Of a stretch of 64,000 bases of DNA, positions 1-13,658 are shown piece after piece. The notes below the pieces were generated by a model, which ran no database searches, was not told the DNA's origin, and worked only from the letters and a program-made list of their open reading frames with translations. Source of the DNA: Laetmonice hystrix (taxonomy: Eukaryota); assembly GCA_965235115.1 (NCBI GenBank), contig OZ249441.1:15562001-15626000 (forward strand). Reading direction: 5' to 3'. A program made the position numbers and the translations under genes. The number at the start of each line of letters is the position of its first letter. Position 1 is the stretch's first letter.

Positions 1-1014
1 TCTCACACGTGTTGGAAACTCGAAAATGCTTTCAGAAATCGGTAGGAATTGATAAAGCTATATAAAAAGAAAAAGTGAAAAAAGTACGAATACTGGATTG
101 CGAGACGCATTGACAAACTTGCTAGCCGATCCCCACGGTCTAGAATTACAAGTCGGGGAAGGTGCGACTAGCACCGTATAGATTCGAGCAGAAGATCCCT
201 AGGCGGATTATGTATAGTGAACGGAAGCGATCAACTTTGTAATTCCCATAGAATTAGCAAATGTTTAAGAATTCTAACGGATCATGATGGGCGGGTACGT
301 ACAATGTTAATCATGTATAATTGATAAGAAGCTTTTGTAAAATGGCAATGCCTGCACTTGAAAGGCGTGCAGTGGGAATTTCCATTTGGAATGGCAAAGC
401 AGATATGGAGACTCGTTGCATTCGATGGGATCTCCACTCCATATGGAGATGACGGACGTATAAAGGTGCCTACTTCCATTTCAGTGATGCCGGGCATGAC
501 AAGGAGCCTAACCTGGGCATATCTACCCCAATCTACGCACCGCTATGTCCCTGCCGCTTCCACCGTCGCCCAGATTAATGGAGTAGGCCAGCGACCTTGG
601 ACGACCCCAGACGATGGACTGGTAGCTCATACAGAGACGATCCCCACGGACGCCCCGGGGGCGTGGTCGGGGTATACTCTCCGGTGGGCACGCGATCAGG
701 ATCTGGTCAGGGGGTGGTCCTTTAGTCACGGGGTTGTGTGGACATAGCGAAATTGAGGCACACAGATCCGAGCTGAATACCCGGTTTACGTGATGAATGC
801 CAAGAAGGCCTAGGTCAGCTCACCCACCCTGGACTTCTATAGTCTGGCGGGGGAAGGGTGGAGCCAGATGCAATGTACGGGACAAAAAGGGGTTAGTTAT
901 AAAGGCCTCAGCCAATCATTTATATTATATGAATTTGTGGCGTTTGTTTTATTCTGGGTACATTGTTTGCCCTCATATCCATCGAAGCTTGACTCCCGCT
1001 ATATTATTAGACAA

Positions 1015-1044
1015 TTGGTGGATGCTTGGAGATTTACGCATCCA
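1015..1044 (+). mobile_element. Possible decayed non-LTR retrotransposon AP-endonuclease fragment
   Basis: Translation SKLDSRYIIRQLVDAWRFTHP resembles the LxDxWRxxHP motif of L1/Tx1 endonucleases. No other EN motif (GDFN, SDH) is found nearby. Confidence 0.3.
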
Positions 1045-1280
1045 TTACGCACACAAACAAGTTTCTTGGATGTATAAAAGTATTTTCATAGGCTCTCTGA
1101 CTCTGCCTCAGCTTGCTACGTCACTCCTTCAGCCGGCAAGACTAACTAAAGATGTCATGCCCTCCCCCAGGACTCAGTTTATACAACTTTACAAGTGTGT
1201 GTGCCCTCATATAATGGAAATCTAGGAATTCCTACATAACAAGACAAGCCACCTGTAGCCTGAGGGACATCCCAGCCCTT

Positions 1281-1332
1281 CCCCCCACCCCCACCCCCAC
1301 CCCCAGCCCCACCCCCACCCCCACCCCCACCC
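1281..1332. repeat. (CCCCCA)n microsatellite; G-quadruplex-forming potential on the minus strand
   Basis: Repeated ccccca units read directly from sequence. Confidence 0.85.
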
Positions 1333-2403
1333 AACCGACAATAGGCCTATCGTGATGGGCCTAGCTTGTTTAATTCCAGACAACCAGGATACTAATTAGG
1401 ATAAGGCTATGATGAAATAGGCGGTAAAAGATAGCCGTATTAAGAATTTAGGGGTAGGGGTAATTAAGCTAACCCATAGATTCGATAGTGTACCCCTATA
1501 GGGACGGCAATAATACATTCAGAGCGACGTCTTCTTTGTAACTTGGTGTTTTGCTTGGGGAGGGAGCAAGAGGGGGCAGAATTGAAAACTGGAATAGGGC
1601 GACATAGGCCTATTGGGTCAATACTGAACTTACTCATATTTGCCACCATCCCATGGGGGAGGGGGGCTGGGGGGACGCCTTCTGACTGGGGGGGGGGGGG
1701 CTGAATCTAGCCTAGGGCCCACCCCAGCTCCAATGGGACAGCCTCCCCTTGGCTTAAAAGGGTCCTTGCCCCTAGTTTCTGTATCTAATATAATGGGGCC
1801 TAGCGTCCATTTATTAGATGATGGGGATGACAGATCAGGGCCATATAGCACTGATATACAGAAACCAAATAAAGTTTTATTTTCAAGACAAAACTTGTTC
1901 CCTTCAAGTTTCCGTATGTAGGCTCATTATAAAATCCGTCAGGAATCCACAACATGGCTTGCTTTATTTCCGCACCGGAGCACATGCAGTGCGGGCAAGT
2001 TAATTGATCCTAAATTTCCGCGCTGACGCAGCCGCTGCGCGCGCAATTGTACTTTTCGTCCACCGTAACATGAGTTAGAGTAGGCCCACTTGCCGCCCCA
2101 ACAACGAGTCTTCAGGTCTTCAACCAAACAAACAGCTACCCCAACATAACACTGGCGACAGAACACGGATCGTGGAAAGTCCCCCTTTACACTCACCCGT
2201 ATATACCTCACTGAAGACATGGAAACCCAGAGGACAAAATTCAGCCCCCCCCCCCCCCCCCGCCAAAAAAAAACACCCAGTACGTCCAGCACAGATGCTA
2301 CAGATGTGCCTTTCTTGTTCCTTGTTCTGCCCAGCCTACACCCAGCAGGTTCCACGACAATTGAATCCCGGCTACAAGTGACTCCTGGGACAAATGACTC
2401 TTC

Positions 2404-2641
2404 CGACATATGACTCTCTCAAAAAAATCACTCCCGCGACAAACGACCCAAATATCTTCTGGGCAACCCTAACTTGGTGGACATATTATGCTCACGAGAC
2501 AAACGCTCACAAGACAAACGCTCACAAGACAAATGCTCACAAGACATATATAATATTGCTTACAACACCATTGGAAAAAGAGATATTTGTTAAAAATATT
2601 TTTATAATCTTGATTGCATTTGTCGCGGGAGTCATATGTCG
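2404..2641. mobile_element. MITE-like inverted-repeat element with an internal 15-bp tandem repeat
   Basis: Perfect 13-bp inverted repeat CGACATATGACTC (2404-2416) / GAGTCATATGTCG (2629-2641). Second pair ctcccgcgacaaa / tttgtcgcgggag. About 4 copies of gctcacaagacaaac at 2490-2546. Confidence 0.5.
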
Positions 2642-4923
2642 CGGGAGTTATTTGCTGATGAATTACCTCTTTACGGTTGATATTGTCAGACGTCGGCTGA
2701 GGCCTAACAAATATTGGGGAGCGAATAGGTAGTTACGAACGTTTATTGGTGTTGCAACTATCTATAAAAGAAATAAGCTCCAGAGAAGAACCTGTGACCT
2801 AAGCCATTGAGGAGGACAGCTCGGATGCAGGTTCCAGACTCTCCCAACAGGATAACGGCCCACGCCTACGGGTAACAAGAATGACACATGAAAGAGAGCT
2901 ACGTTAAAAGCAAATTAAGATGAAAGATAGCTATAACAATATGTGAAGTGTGATGTCTTATTTCTTGCTATGGCCGTGCGTGCTACGAGTCATTCCTTCT
3001 ACAGCACGTCCGGGATGAATTCCCTTGGTGCCGCTTGGGGCGCCACGGTCGCCGTCTACAGGAGACCAACACAATGACCCACGTCAACTTACAGTTAGAC
3101 TCGGCAAACCCGTGAAAATGAAGTAGCATAGAGCTTTCACTCTAAAAAACCCCGGGGGATGTTACTGGGGTCAACCCCCATAACTCCAATGCAGTCAGTG
3201 CATGGTAGGCAATGAATAGAAGCACCTACACAGCGAGGCGGCAAGTAGGCGTACATGTACTATAAGTGTAGCTGCTGAGATTGAATTTGCCACCGTTTGT
3301 GGAGTGTCACCCGACACTGACTTGTCGTAGGTCGACTGATGTTAAGGCCACACCTCTGTCTGCAATACGCTACCTTCCGTTAGGGTCTAATGCTCATTAT
3401 GACCTCGGTTCCGCCTCATGCATATTATCACGGCATATAGCATTGTCTCGCTCTCGCACCCTCATGCAATATCCATTTATAATGCATGCATTTACATAAA
3501 GCTACACTTTCCTGTACTTTAATATGGAAGGGTGCGCACGCGTCGATCAGTGTGCCACAGTGGTGCAACTATAGGTATTTTGCTTTGGTCCTCCCCTAGC
3601 CTATACACCCCACCATTCGCGTGAGGAATTGATATTTCGAACGAGAGCCTCGAGAAGAAGTCTAAAATGATTTTTGCAACCGAGTATGTTCGCTCGTGCT
3701 GTGACAGATGAGACGTATGACAGACGTAACGTGTGACAAACGAGACTTGAAACGCTAACTGAATCACAATCACGCCCGTCAAGTACGTCTGCGGACGCTG
3801 CCTTTCCTTTTACTGAAATGGAAAATATCCCGAGGCTGGGCCCTAACGGTCCTAAAGATCAGACAACAAACGGACTGGGAGACAGCTGGTGGGTAAAGGG
3901 TGACCATCATCGCAACATCTGAGCCGATCATCTCTGGCTAATGCCAGAACGGACTGTCCGGCTTATAGACATTAAAATCAATGCTTGTTGCATATTGCCG
4001 ACGAATGAGGAACACTGTTGGTTGCATTGCACAGTCATCTACCAATAAATGTCTTGCCTACTTGACCTTGTAATGCAGCAAAATCACTTTATGACCAAAA
4101 TTGTCCTTTATCCAAACCAGCCCATTGGTCCAGAGTCTGAAAACATGCAATTTGTTTCAGAAATCACGATGGCCCACGATGGGGGCAATGACCTTATTGC
4201 ATCTATAGATCTGAAAATCACAAAGGAACTGGGACGTTGGTAACAGAGGCCTTATCTTGGAGTTCCCCCGTCATGAGACCGCTGTACTTGCAGGTCGTCT
4301 AGAACACGGTTTACTGAGAGATAGCAGAACTGGTCCAGTATAAATGACAGATAATGCCAGAAAAAGTTAATCTTTGAAGTTGAAGTTGTTTTAAAAAAGC
4401 GCATCGTATAATAAATGAATGCTGAACCCTATGCTATCTGTGGTCGGCTGCTTTTTCAGACATTCTGCAGCCACCGCGGGCAGGCTCCCCGAGTTGTCAC
4501 ATTGCAAGGGTTATCGGCAACAGTCCGGCTTCCTGGATCTGTCCGACCCTCATCTGTTCTTCGATTCAATCGATTATACTATTACTCCTCTTCGATTAGG
4601 CCTGGCGTCACTTTGCTCGTTGTTTTCCTGCTGTGTCAATACGGTAGCGCGACTGAACAGATCGGTTTTGTCGCGGACGCGGCGGACTTCGAAGCTCGGC
4701 CAGCGCCGACGACCTGCCTTGGTGCATGCTGGTTTGGTGCATGGGATGCGCGACGTCGACGCAAACCGCAGGCTGCGCCACAGAACACTGCGGAACGGCA
4801 GTGACCCATGCTCAAAGAGAGACAGACTAGACTCTCCCTGTTGTGGATAGAGTTGACACAGAGACCCTCACGCCATACTTATACCTATACTGGTAAACTG
4901 GCATGGAAGTGATTGCGTAAGAT

Positions 4924-4989
4924 ATTATCATCTACAAGGAAACTCGATTATCATCTACAAGGAAACTCGATTATCATCTACAAGGAAAC
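4924..4989. repeat. 23-bp tandem repeat, 3 copies
   Basis: attatcatctacaaggaaactcg at 4924, 4947 and 4970. Confidence 0.95.
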
Positions 4990-5263
4990 CCTTCGTGCGG
5001 GAAGCGCCAGCTGTAACGGTAAGCGACTTGTTTATCTTATCTGAACGGGTATACTTGGAACACATTGGGGTAAAACTTCTCGGTGTATGAATGTTGTCAA
5101 GCTTGCACTCGATGGGCCAGTGGCTGCTGGCGGACCCCTTAACGTTCGAGTCGGTTCTGAGAGAAACCGAGAAAGTTTTAAATCATACATGGAATCACCT
5201 TTGAAGTTATCAGGCTCCCAATGAAGGTAAACATCGTTATCAACCCTCGCATTTTATATCTAA

Positions 5264-5474
5264 AGTGCTGACCCCACCAAGGCGATTCCCCTTGCGACGC
5301 CCATGCGGTTTTGACATCACACTTTTATTTTACTGTAATTTTGAGATTAAAGGATGGGATCCATTTCCTGAAACGGAGAAGGCCAGCCAGGAAAAATTTC
5401 AGAGTGAAATTCCACCATTAAATCAAAAACCGCATGGCCGTCGCAAGGGGAATCGCCTTGGTGGGTTCAGCGCT
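5264..5474. mobile_element. PIF/Harbinger (Tourist)-like MITE
   Basis: ~50-bp TIRs (agtgctgaccccaccaaggcgattccccttgcgacg... / ...cgtcgcaaggggaatcgccttggtgggttcagcgct) flanked by TAA on both sides. Confidence 0.8.
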
Positions 5475-6977
5475 TAAGATTGGCGTTTATCACACCTCGC
5501 GATATTTTGAAGTGTTCAATTCCTTCCACTTCAGATAAACACTATTTTTTTGCTAGTTTTTAATCATGTATCACCCAGGCAATACTTTACAATTATAAGG
5601 CCTAAATGTCCTACTTATGCGTTGTGTTTACATTGTCAATAGCCGCTTTCCAAATGTAATCAATTCAACGTTCTGGAAGCCTGAATTTGCTTTGCTCCAA
5701 CTGTTTCAATACAACACCGACATCTGTGTTGACAGCACACTCGGTATTTCCGTTTCATTTCACAGGCTCATTGTTGTATCTGAAATTCTCTTTTCGATAG
5801 GCCTACCCTTAAAAACAGTGGTTGCCTCCCCTCAAATCTGGTTGGTGTTATAAATAGCATGGTTACCCCCTTTTAACCCCCCCCCTCCATACAAAATCCT
5901 ACATCTGCCCCTGAAACCCCCCCAAATCGCCCTAACTTGCATGTGCTCTCTTACACCCTATATCGCTAAGCTTCTCGGTTACGATACGAAGATACGAAGA
6001 CAACTAACGAATCTGTCAAGGTCCCTGGTGACAGGGGGTGGTGAGATAACGCCAAGGAACGCTCGTTTTCCATTTAGATTTCTATTGGACGATCGTGTTT
6101 GGAATGCGGCGTCGCGTGTCTCCTCTCCCGGGTTCTTTGTCACACTTATAGATCGCGAAATGAAGAAATGGCCTTGAAAATTCCTTACAGCCATGGTGGG
6201 GCGTGGTGATCAGCTTTCTCCAAGCTAGCATGCCCCTGAACGCATTTTTCACGAAGGTTGTTCTTTTAATTTTACACGGCGGAACCGATGAGGCCGACCC
6301 CCTTTTCAATCAGGGAAAGAGTTAATGGATACTACTATCAGATGCCAAGCCTCGCTTTGGTTATCGATGGGCCACTAGGGTGGCCTGTCTCTATTAGGTC
6401 CTTCTGGGAAAAGATTAGGGCTTTAACTCCTGCGGTGGGGTTCTTTCTCACTTAGGGCGAGCAAGAGGGTACACATGGACTGGACATCCTATAAACGTTG
6501 TTTTCACACCCTGAATAATTATGACTGAAACATTATGTAAGACCACCAATTAACTTATTCACTTGCCATATATATAAGTTGTAAGTGAACACCTGACAGC
6601 GATGCCCTTGTAATCGGTCACTATATCGCCATAACGTACATTAACCTGGAGGTGTCCATAAAACATTGTAGAGGCATTCACTGAGGGAGAAAGATGAAGG
6701 AACACGATCTATCATTACGTGCCACACGCTGTGCCTGTCACGTATAAAAAGTTGTATTCGATTCCTACACATACATTATTGCAAACATACTCTAACACAA
6801 ATACGAGCTCGACGACAACGTCAGGATCATTTATGAAGGCTAAGGTTGTATGGTTGTAGTAGTCAGTAAACTGGCCTGCATCGCATTAGTGAATATTGAT
6901 TATATATTCCCAAGTAATTCATTTAATCTTTAACGTTTGGTAAAAGCCAATGTTGGTACTATCCATTTGTACTGTTA

Positions 6978-7490
6978 AGCCCCAGTCACACAAGAGGTAC
7001 GACCAACTGCCGACTTCCGACAACCAAAAAAAGCTGCGACCACTGCCGACCAAAACCCCGAAATCTACAAGAAATTATTGGGCGATTAGTTGTACGACAG
7101 GTTGCCGAGTGTTATACGAAAATTGTCCGATCATCAAAGATTTTTGAAGACTGATGAACGACCGTTTTCGCCAATTGGTTGCCGATTAGTTGCTGAAGTT
7201 TGCCGACCAAAGACTGCTCGGCAAGAGCCGGCAACCACTGAAGACCAGTCGTAGATCAGTCCGAGAACTGTCGCCCATCCTCTGACAACCGATTAAAGAC
7301 AAGAAAACCCTTCTCCCGACCAGTTTGGTCGGCAAAAGGTTTTCGATGCAGCAGCGTATACCTCCAGCCGACCAAAATGCCCCAACAACCACCTGCCAGA
7401 CACTGACAACCTTTTACAGACTGCCAAAAACCTCTCCACAACCTGTGCCAACCAACTACCGACCAGTGGTTGTCGGAAGTCGGAAGTTGT
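6978..7490. mobile_element. Harbinger-like non-autonomous element, right end truncated
   Basis: Begins tta|agccccagtcacac. Subterminal inverted repeat gaccaactgccgacttccgacaacca / tggttgtcggaagtcggaagttgtc. Many ccgacc/ggtcgg motifs inside. Confidence 0.45.
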
Positions 7491-10174
7491 CATGTAATTC
7501 ATTATTGAACGTCATTATATAGGCCCTTCATAAGGGAACGACAGGGGTTTTCTTTTTGTATCGAGTCCTCCTATAGGGGATCGACGGGTTAGAATGCCAA
7601 TGTAACCTACAAAGCCATCCTCCTCTCCGAGTTTTGACTTCATAAAGATATTGCGCACACACACTCTAACTGCCTGTCTTCTCTTGCGCTTCGAATTGAC
7701 AAAGCTATAGACCATGGCTTCAGAGAAGACCGAGCCTACCGTACCGTACTGAGTTGTGTCCACGTATAGAGCTAACAAGGAACAGTCACGAAATCACGAA
7801 CGCTGATCAGTTCACCTGAAACTCTAATCACGCCACTTTATATGACCGGCGTCAATGTCTTGTCTTGGACATTGCCTTGAGATATCTTTTTGATATCTTT
7901 TTGACACATCACTCCCTGGATATGTCGTGGTAATGATGATAAAGGCCATGCTGTTCTTATAGTTTGTGATTCCCATTTCTCTGTTTGCTTCACGTCCGAG
8001 GAAGAATCAGGGGATTCAACTTAAATGTAGTTACGATTCAAAGTCAACAAACGCGAATTATATTGACTCTGCCTGTTCTTGAATGAAGCGCCGGAACAAG
8101 GAGAAATGTTTTTGACACATGGGCATGTGTGTGCAAGACTGCGTCTCAATATAAAACACTTCTATCAGCCAATGGCATTTTTTTTTATTTTTACGGTAAA
8201 CCCTCTCGTCCCAGGAGATTTCGTTACGAATTATGCTTATAGTTATTTTTTTTACACTCACAGTCAAGGAAAGAGTGAGATGCTTATTTATTTCAAAGTA
8301 AAAGCTTGGCTTTAATTTCATTACGTTGATTAATCCAGTTTTATTCTGTTGATGACATGATATCAGTTTCCTTAACAAAGTTATGGTCGTGGTTACTTTA
8401 AACACCAGACGGCGACGAAAAAGTTGCAGAAATAATTTGATCTGAATACTACAAAGCTGTATTTACCTACTTGTCGAAGGCATTACAACCTGTCATGACT
8501 AAAGGTATTCGTATACATTTATAGTCGAACACTTAAAGGCAGTGTATCATCCGCCGAATCGACCGGAATCCTCAGATTTATGCTCACTTCAGCACTGACG
8601 TATACTTTTTGGCACTGATTGTTTTTCATATTGATTCTGTTAACACCTCTTACAAGTAGACAGCTATGGAATCCCCCCTAATATTGGAAAAGGTAAAAAA
8701 AACTAGCTGGAGTTCACGCCAAGACAATGAATGCCGCCATTTGCAATTTATAAGGTTGTAGTGTAGAGCACGCCTCCAGTAACAATCCGCAACGAATGCA
8801 GTTCCAGAATTCGGGGGGGGGGGGGGGTATCCGTGATTTACCCGAGAATAATGCTGACAATAGTCGAAATCTATTTTAGCTAGTGCAAATTCAAACAACT
8901 CATTCAATTCAAATAAGATTTGGCGACTGATGTATAGACATGAAAATAAAAAAGGAACTAGACGGCATTTTGATGTCCCTCCCCATGTGACAACACGTTT
9001 GACAACACCCTATGGTATTGTGTTGATTGTGTGATTATTGACATTCCTGGATCATGAAGCTGTTGGAGGATGTAGGCCGTAGGCTACAGTTTTATTGATC
9101 AAGAAATCACTGTTGCTGGCTAGAGCCAGTAGAGGCTGCAGGACATTAATGCTTGCCTCCCTGGGCGACGTCAACGTGACGTGACGATGACACGTCCCTT
9201 ATACCGCGTCCGGCCTCACCACGCATGCTCAGCCGTCAGTCTCCCCAAGCCCATGGATATTCTGGCCGGCCCAGCCTCCCCAACCTCCTTCCCCAACTCC
9301 CCAGGCCAGTCAAGCGTAATTGGTTTCTATTCGCCTTAAAAGATCCGGAAGATTCACGGAGTATTTACCCTTCGGTTTGGCTTATCCTGAATTATCGAAA
9401 ATTAAAATTTCGATTTGGCTTTCGCTTCGATTGAGGATTGTCCCTGTTTCTTTATCCGTTCCCTTCCTTTCAAATTCTGTTCTTCATCATGCTATACGTT
9501 TTGTGCGATCTGCCTCAGGTCTCAAAATGATACATCGCATCCATATGGCTGGAAGAGAACAGCCATTTACTTCACGTATGTCTTTACCTGAATGCCTAAA
9601 CACCATAATCTATTTCCAGTCTGCATATATATTTGTCATAAATACCTACATGATTGTGTAGTGCAGCAACTCTTAAATGTTTTGTATTTGCGGAGTAGCT
9701 GTCGATTAATTCAGTTGGACAGACTATTGCACAACCAAAGGGGATTGTCTGAGGTTAGATTCCTCCCCAGTGGTAATCAATAGGAGGTCGGCCAGCCCAT
9801 GGTGCGTAACGTATACTCTCCATACCGCCATCTCATCCGGGCAACCAACCGGTAATCGGGCAGACAAGGCGTGTACAAACTATTGCCGCCTTTTTTACCT
9901 CATTACTGTCACCTTCGTTTTACTTGCATGTAGGCAGACCCTAAGGGGACCTGTCCTCGTCCTTCCGCTCCCCACGTCACATCACGTGTAAGCAGTGAAA
10001 TAGGGGTGTGACCTTTGGTCTCCTGTTAAAGGACATGCACCATAGTGATCACGTGGGGTGACGTTGAGGCGTTCCGAGAATACTTGGTATTAAAGCCATC
10101 GTTTCTGGCTAGTCTCGATGTTGCTTTCACACTACTACAGCCAATAATGTGCATTGATGCGCATTATAGAATTT

Positions 10175-10529
10175 ACACCATTCACACTGCACACACAATG
10201 CGCATCAAAGCGCATTGAATGCGCAACAATACGCATCCGAAGCGAATTCTAGAATTCGTAACCTCTACCCAAATTCTAGAATACAGTTCGCTTCGCTCCG
10301 CTATTTGGCGCTATTTGGCGGTCGTCTGAAAGGTACCGAGGTGAAGCGCATTATGACGGGGGCGGCTTGAAAAGTGTGAAAAGAACCGCATTCTCCTGCA
10401 TGCAGTGTGAACACAATCGAATTGGGGCGCATTGATACGCATTCTGCGCTAGTGTGAACGGTGTGGATTCTGCAGTCGGTTCGTAACGGTTCGCTTTGCT
10501 TCACTTCGGTTTACAGTGTGAACGCGGCA
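10175..10529. mobile_element. Harbinger-like MITE (TTCACACTG-type ends)
   Basis: tta|caccattcacactg ... cagtgtgaacgcggca|taa, with internal gcgcat and gtgtgaac repeats. Confidence 0.45.
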
Positions 10530-11318
10530 TAAAACATATTCCTATACCTTGTCAGGGACTACAGCAGAGGTCCCACGACGGTTTCACAGTCCTCCAGATC
10601 CGAAACATGACATGTATTAATTTCCAAATCCATTCCCTCTAATTTTCATTTTGATATAGCAACATATCATGTTTTCTACATTACATAATGTTGTAAGAAA
10701 TCGAACTTTAATTTGATGAAAATCGCATGGTGACAATATCAGTGTACGGAAGCCCATTCGTTTCATGGAGACAAACGGGATGAACATATTTCATGTGTCG
10801 GGATAACTGTTGTTAAGTAGCGGCCGCCAAATAAATAAGTGAGGGCCACCACGTAAAATATGTTCGCTGCGTCCCCCTGCATGTAACGGAGCGGATTGCG
10901 TACAATGATGATGTCGGAGACAGTGGTTTCACAAGGAAGTCCAACCACTTGAGGTATCTTTACGGGCGCCGTGACGGTTACGCAGGTCCTGACCTCGGCG
11001 GACGGTAGATATTTGCCTATACCTTACCTGTCCTATTCTCGAAGTGGCCGGAAATTGTCTAAGTCCGAAAAGGTACTCCATTGGTCGGGGGTAATAACCG
11101 ATAACAGGACAGCTCTATCAAAACCAGGGGTGCTTTCTGTAAGGAAAGATGTCTTTGCGCAAAGAGTCTTTCAAAAGAGACTTTTCGAAACCAGTGTTAA
11201 AGAATAGAGTGTTATAGAAACACCACGTCGGCGCAAAGACTCTTTGGGTTCAGCGAGGGTCTCATAGAGTCTTTTGGGCTTTATAGAAACGCGTGGGGGA
11301 TTATCAGGTATACCTTAA

Positions 11319-11896
11319 AGGGAAATGTCAGTGTTCGTATCGACCACTAGAATTTTCAAAATATTTTTATGGGGGATAGCCTTTGTCCTTAGGAGTACAA
11401 AGAAACAAAAAAAATCATATGTCGCCGAATTAGATTTTTTTATACAGGCCTCCGTAAAAAATGGGTCTTTACTATAGGTTTCAATAGGAAAAACAGGATT
11501 TTTCAGACATTTTAAAATTGACTAATAGTTAAAAAATGACCACGAATTTTCTCCTGAAACTCGGTGACAAGATAAAGTGGATCAGGACTAATAGTTTAAA
11601 ACAAAATAAATTGGGGGTCACCAAATCAACAAAAAAGTTACAGCCTGCCAAACAGTCAGTGCCTTGGTAAAACACGGGTCTTAACTATAGCATTCAATGG
11701 AGTAGACAGGTTCGGGCACAGAGTGTGGCTCATCGTTTAAAAAATACTACTGATTTCCACATCAAACTAGTTGACTGCATAAATAAGCCAAACATTTTTC
11801 TGTTAAAGCTCACTACGCGGCGCTTTGAATACTCACATTTCCCCCGTGGTACCAACGCGACTCACTAGGTGGCGCTTTGAACACTCACATTTCCCT
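11319..11896. mobile_element. Kolobok-like non-autonomous DNA transposon (TTAA TSD)
   Basis: TTAA|agggaaatgtcagtgttc ... gaacactcacatttccct|TTAA. The 18-bp TIR is near-perfect, and the right end is partly duplicated at about 11820-11850. Confidence 0.75.
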
Positions 11897-12649
11897 TTAA
11901 TGCGAGGTGTACTATATCGGCAACCGTCGAAATGATTAGTTGATATATACTATCGATCCGGTCAGATGACACGATATATTTACACACAATTTTATTTCTT
12001 ATATTGTCCGCCACAGAGCCAGTGTGTACCTGGTCACATCTGTTCATTATTTTATGATCGAGCCACATTTCCCTTTCCTTCATACCTGGCATTGGCGAAT
12101 GCAGTCTTATTAAATTTTTTCTTATTCTATTTGATTTGTTTCGGAGAGGCGGACAACAGGGACTACCATTCCGGTCCTCCATATTATTTATGATATCATG
12201 CAGATTTAGGACAAAGCCCCCTTCGCCCCTCTCCCGGTATCCGCCACTGTTGATGAAGGTGATGACTCCATTAACTACCAATACTTAAAGTCTCACCCAA
12301 GATGATAGTATTACCGTTAATATCTATCAAGAAATCAGAATATAATGCTGACAAATTGATATGATCCATTAGGAAAGAAATCAAACGTGAAGGCTATTCA
12401 GACGAGCGCAATCGCCGCCACTGGGCACGGGTGGACAGTAGTCGTGTGAGCGATGGACTCTCCGACAGTCACCCCCAAAAGACAGTCACCCCGGGGACTA
12501 TTGCCCTGTATAGGATTATTGGCCTGCAGGACAATTACCCCTGAGGGCAATAATCTCCTGGAGTCCGGGACAACAATCGGCCCGTTCTCCTGTCACAATT
12601 ATTCCATATATATTATAATTAAATTTTGATTACAAGTGATACATCACAA

Positions 12650-13307
12650 ACTGATAACGAAACTTGGTCAGCTATCTACAAACTACCCTATAAAATCACT
12701 AGAGAAACCCGACTCCAGTCATTCCAGTATAGATTAATCCACAGAACTATCACATGTAATCAATACCTTGCTCAAATTCGTAAAAAAGATTCTACGATAT
12801 GCAATTACTGTACAAAAAATGATAATCTGGAACACTTCTTTATAGAATGTGAAAAAGCCAATGAATTCTGGAAATATTTCTTTAGCTGGTGGGTGTCAGT
12901 ATCAGAATATGCCTCTAATTACTATGAAGGAAATTATAAAGAATGTATATTACTTGGATATCCCGGAGAGGACAATTTCTTCCATATGCTAAGCTATTGT
13001 GTGCTAGTAGCAAAATATTTCATTCATAAGCAGAAACTGTTTGGTGATAATGATTTAAATTTCTATGCCTACAAGTCTTTGGTTAAAACTCGGTTAAACA
13101 TTATGAAAAACACTTGTATAAAAGAAAACAATATGGAACCATTTAACAAATTCCATCTAATTTTTGACAAGTTATAATTTACCACCCTCTCTTCTGTAAC
13201 TTTTCTGTCTGTACGCCATATTGAATACAATTGTAATTTGTCAAATGTATACCCCTGTTGTAGATGAATAAACATGACTCCTTATAAAAAAAAAAAAAAA
13301 AAAAAAA
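12650..13307 (+). mobile_element. 5'-truncated non-LTR retrotransposon (Tx1/L1-like), ORF2 C-terminal zinc-binding region
   Basis: Open frame to 13177 encodes ETRLQSFQYRLIHR..CNYC..DNLEHFFIEC..ANEFW (zf-RVT/CCHC). AATAAA at 13267-13272, poly(A) at 13286-13307. 12-bp TSD GATACATCACAA at 12638-12649 and 13308-13319. Confidence 0.92.
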
Positions 13308-13509
13308 GATACATCACAATTTTTCAGGTGGGCTCAGTTATATCGTTCGGGAACTTTTGCTAAGTCCCCACTGACACCGGGTCAACAGCCCCGTATATAG
13401 GACAACTGTCCCGCAGGACTATTGCCCCGGCCACAGGACAATAAATACACTGATTGGATTTAGATTTGAATTGGGGTCTACGCCTCCGCAAAAACCAGGG
13501 TCAGATCGA

Positions 13510-13658
13510 GGCTGGTGGAGGACACCGGAATACCCGGTCAGAACCACCGACCTTATTGCTGGTAATCAACCTTATCAAAAATGGCACGACTAGGATTCAA
13601 CTCGTGATGCTAGAGGCTACCAGTCGATACCTAGACAACTAAGCCACAACCACCCCGG
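13510..13658 (-). mobile_element. tRNA-derived SINE with a V-domain-like core
   Basis: Minus strand has an A-box-like tggcttagttgt and a degenerate B-box gagttgaatcc. These are followed by ggtcggtggttctgaccgggtattccggtgtcctcc, which resembles the V-SINE core (ttctccgggtactccggtttcctcc). Confidence 0.6.

Noticed and set aside
282-747. ORFs with a Cys/His cluster (ICFAIPNGNSHCTPFKCRHCH) reminiscent of a DIRS/Ngaro ORF1 zinc finger
   Set aside because: The match is loose, and no RT, RNase H or tyrosine recombinase motif was found nearby.
2209-2225. CTGAAGA-CATG-GAAAC hammerhead-like core
   Set aside because: No stem III or NUH cleavage triplet follows, and such cores are expected by chance.
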